Shown here: piece after piece, positions 61,475 to 64,000 of the stretch | How the letters are laid out: each line of letters starts with the position of its first letter | Position numbering within the stretch: position 1 is the first letter of the stretch | Source of the DNA: Azolla caroliniana | Taxonomy: Eukaryota; Plantae; Polypodiophyta | Direction of reading: 5' to 3' | DNA length: 64,000 nt | Assembly: GCA_043228905.1 (NCBI GenBank) | Contig: JBHGNT010000001.1 | Coordinates: 12,834,001 to 12,898,000, forward strand | Notes under the pieces: generated by a model | The model's input: only the letters and a program-made list of their open reading frames with translations | The model's database searches: none | Told to the model about the DNA's origin: nothing | Program-made: the position numbers and the translations under genes

Positions 61475-64000
61475 TGTCGAGGAAATCCTCGCGGATGCGT
61501 GGAAGTCGGGCAGGACCACGGGGGTCTTGAACCGAGGAATTGTGGAAACGAGAAGGGAGCCATTTGAGAATTGCATAGGTCTTGGGACCGCGGGAAAACA
61601 AGTAATGCTGGCAATCGAGAGAGGGTAAAAGAGTCGTGCGTAGACGCGGACACGGGCAAGACACTGAGAACAACGTTTGTTAGGCAAAGAGGGTTTCTAT
61701 TCAACAACACAACTGCGTAGTGTGGTGGGTGATTACAGCCAGATCAGAGCCGGTGATGGAGCGTGGAGCTTGGTAAACAACAAAGGTGCACAGTGCGGTG
61801 GGTGATTACAGTTGGATCAGAGCCGGTGATGGAGAGTGGAGCTTGGTAATAGCCAGACACAAAGGTGCGTTGGCACGCTGAAGGTCGATCCCCTAGCCGG
61901 GAGCACTCGGGCGTCGGACGCATGCAGAGGAAGCGCCTTCTGATGATCAGTCCTCCTCTTTTCTGTATATCCTCTCCTCTCCTCTCAATGGCCTCCTCTT
62001 TTCTAGCACAAGGAGCGACCGTTACAAGCATTCATGACTCCTCGCTTTCCCTTCCTAGATCCTCTCCCCTCGTAACTCTCCCAACATATGCGATGTCTAT
62101 TTCTTCATTAATGTCCTGACTACCTAGTACCCCTCTGTATACTCATGCCTAGTAGTTTCCCTAGCTAATTCTCTCGAGGCGTGCACTCACGTAAACCGGT
62201 GTTCCTGCGTGTTTCACCTTGTTTCTAGCTATGGCTCGGATTCTTCACGACATCCACCCCCACCAAACCGCACATCCTTCGGTATGTGCCGGATAGTGAA
62301 TTTAGTGGAGGATTCCGAGCCACTGGTTACTCGTCCTCCTCTCCTGAGTTGCCGCTTCCAGCTCCCAGGTCTGGTTCCTCCTCGTTCTGTCTCTTGAAGG
62401 CTTTTGTCCGCTTCCCGGCCACCGGAGTCGTTATTCGCGTCCCATCGAGCTCCGCGAGATGATACGTGGCGTTGTCATTTACGCTATTTACCACATACGG
62501 CCCGAACCATCGCTTCACGAACTTGCGCATAGACCTATGCTGGTTGTCGAGGTTGTTGTCGTAGACTAACACTCAGTCGCCCTCCTCAATCTTCCTTGGC
62601 CGGAGCCGGTGCGTTCGGCCGAACCCAGCTTTGTTCCGGATCCTTGCTTTTCTCACCCTCATCGTGGCTCGTTCCACGTCTTCCGGTCTTCGCTCGAGCT
62701 ACCGGATTCGTGCTGCTAGCAACTCTTCTCTGCTCATTTTGCTAGTCCAATCGATCGTTGCCCACGAGGCGATCGTCCGTTCTACTGGCATGATGGGTTT
62801 CTGTCCGTACATTAGTTCCGCCGGCATGTACCCTGTCACCGAGCTGTGGGTAGTCCTGTCTGCCCATAACACGTACGGGAGCAACCTCGACCAGTCGTTG
62901 ACTCGACCCTGGCACGCGCGTACAATGGCCTCTACGATTGGTATGTGGCCCCGTTCAATCTTTTTGTTTGCTTCTGGGTTGTACGCCATTGTGAGGGACA
63001 GTTTTACGCCTAACCGATCGAACAGTTCCTCGGCCTCTTCCGCGTTTAGCTCTCCTCAGCCAACCACTATTTTCCCCACGCACCCGTATCGGCATATGAC
63101 ATCCTCGATCAGAAACTTGCATACGGCTGCGGTGGTCTTGTTCGTTAGCGCTCGTCCCTCCACCTGGTTGGTTAGGTCCTCTCTAGCCAGCACTAGGTAT
63201 CACTTCTTACCTTCGCCCATAGGCATCGTAACTAAGTCAACCATCCATTTGAAGTGCACGGTCGAGAGATAAGTTGGGCGTAGTTCGTCGCGGTGTCGAA
63301 CCACCGAGTGCATCTGGCAGCTTTCGCATGTGGACACGAAGTTGTGCATGCTCTTGTACATGCCTAGCCACCAATACTTTCCTTTTAGCTTCTTGAATGT
63401 AGCCTCGGTGTCCAGACCAAGGGCTCTCGTGGAACTCCGACATCAGCTTCTGTTGGTCATTCGCCCGCACTATCACCCAAAGCAGTGCGTCGTTTCGCCT
63501 TTTTCGGACCCTCCAGATTTTTCCGTTCCGCAAGAAGTATCTATATGCTTTCTTTCGGAGTTGTCCGGCCTCCTCCTTAGTCATCGTGGCATCTGTCGTC
63601 ATTGTCTCCAAAAATCTCCCGATTAGAAGCCACTCCCCATCGTAGCCATCTTCGTCGAACTCATTCACGGGCGGAGCACTTCGCCCTTTTATCCTCACCC
63701 AAGCCGATTTGAAGAAGTCTGCGCTGACTTCTTCGCTCGCTGATACCATGTCTTCCTCATCCTCAAATCTTGCTCTAGAAAGCATATCGGCCATGGTGTT
63801 GTCTTTACCCGAGATGTGTCATATCTCCGGATTCAGGGACTTGATGTACGCAATCCACCTGAGCATGGCTAGGTCGGGAGTTGCGCATCCAGAGACCATA
63901 CCGAGAATCGGCAAGCAATCCGTTTCGATAATTACTTCTGTCTCGATTAGGTAATCTTTGTCGACCTTAACCACCGAAACGATACCTCACAGCTCACGCT
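61475..64000 (-). mobile_element. 3' part of a third Trp-family gypsy element (RNase H, INT, PPT, 3' LTR), degenerate, runs off the window end
   Basis: LTR 61475-62252 begins TGTCGTGAAGA on minus, like 35455. PPT GGTGGGGGTGGA. INT AYNPEANKKIERGH, WADRTT, WFGPY. Flank ACGT. Confidence 0.88.

Overview
A 64-kb, essentially gene-free, nested-transposon block from a land plant. Tcn1-type chromovirus, tRNA-Trp-primed gypsy and RTEX-like LINE features point to a non-seed plant such as a fern (inference). It holds several Ty1/copia elements, three kinds of Ty3/gypsy element, a LINE, solo LTRs, two MITEs and a 100-N assembly gap. Main observations beyond the ORF track: (1) A non-autonomous DNA element with 46-bp CCCG-terminated ends and an 8-bp TSD carries decayed RACK1 and nucleobase-ascorbate transporter fragments and splits a Ulp1-protease gene. 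(2) An approximately 10.8-kb inversion (about 1688-12517) is supported by several independent markers. (3) An intact chromovirus with apparently identical LTRs has a Tf1-type self-priming PBS and a GUUAAAC plus stem-loop/pseudoknot -1 frameshift signal. (4) A tRNA-Trp-primed gypsy family inserts at CpG-centred 4-bp palindromes, has a GGAUUUU frameshift site, and one of its LTRs contains a tRNA-like Pol III cassette. All calls come from manual reading; no database searches were run.
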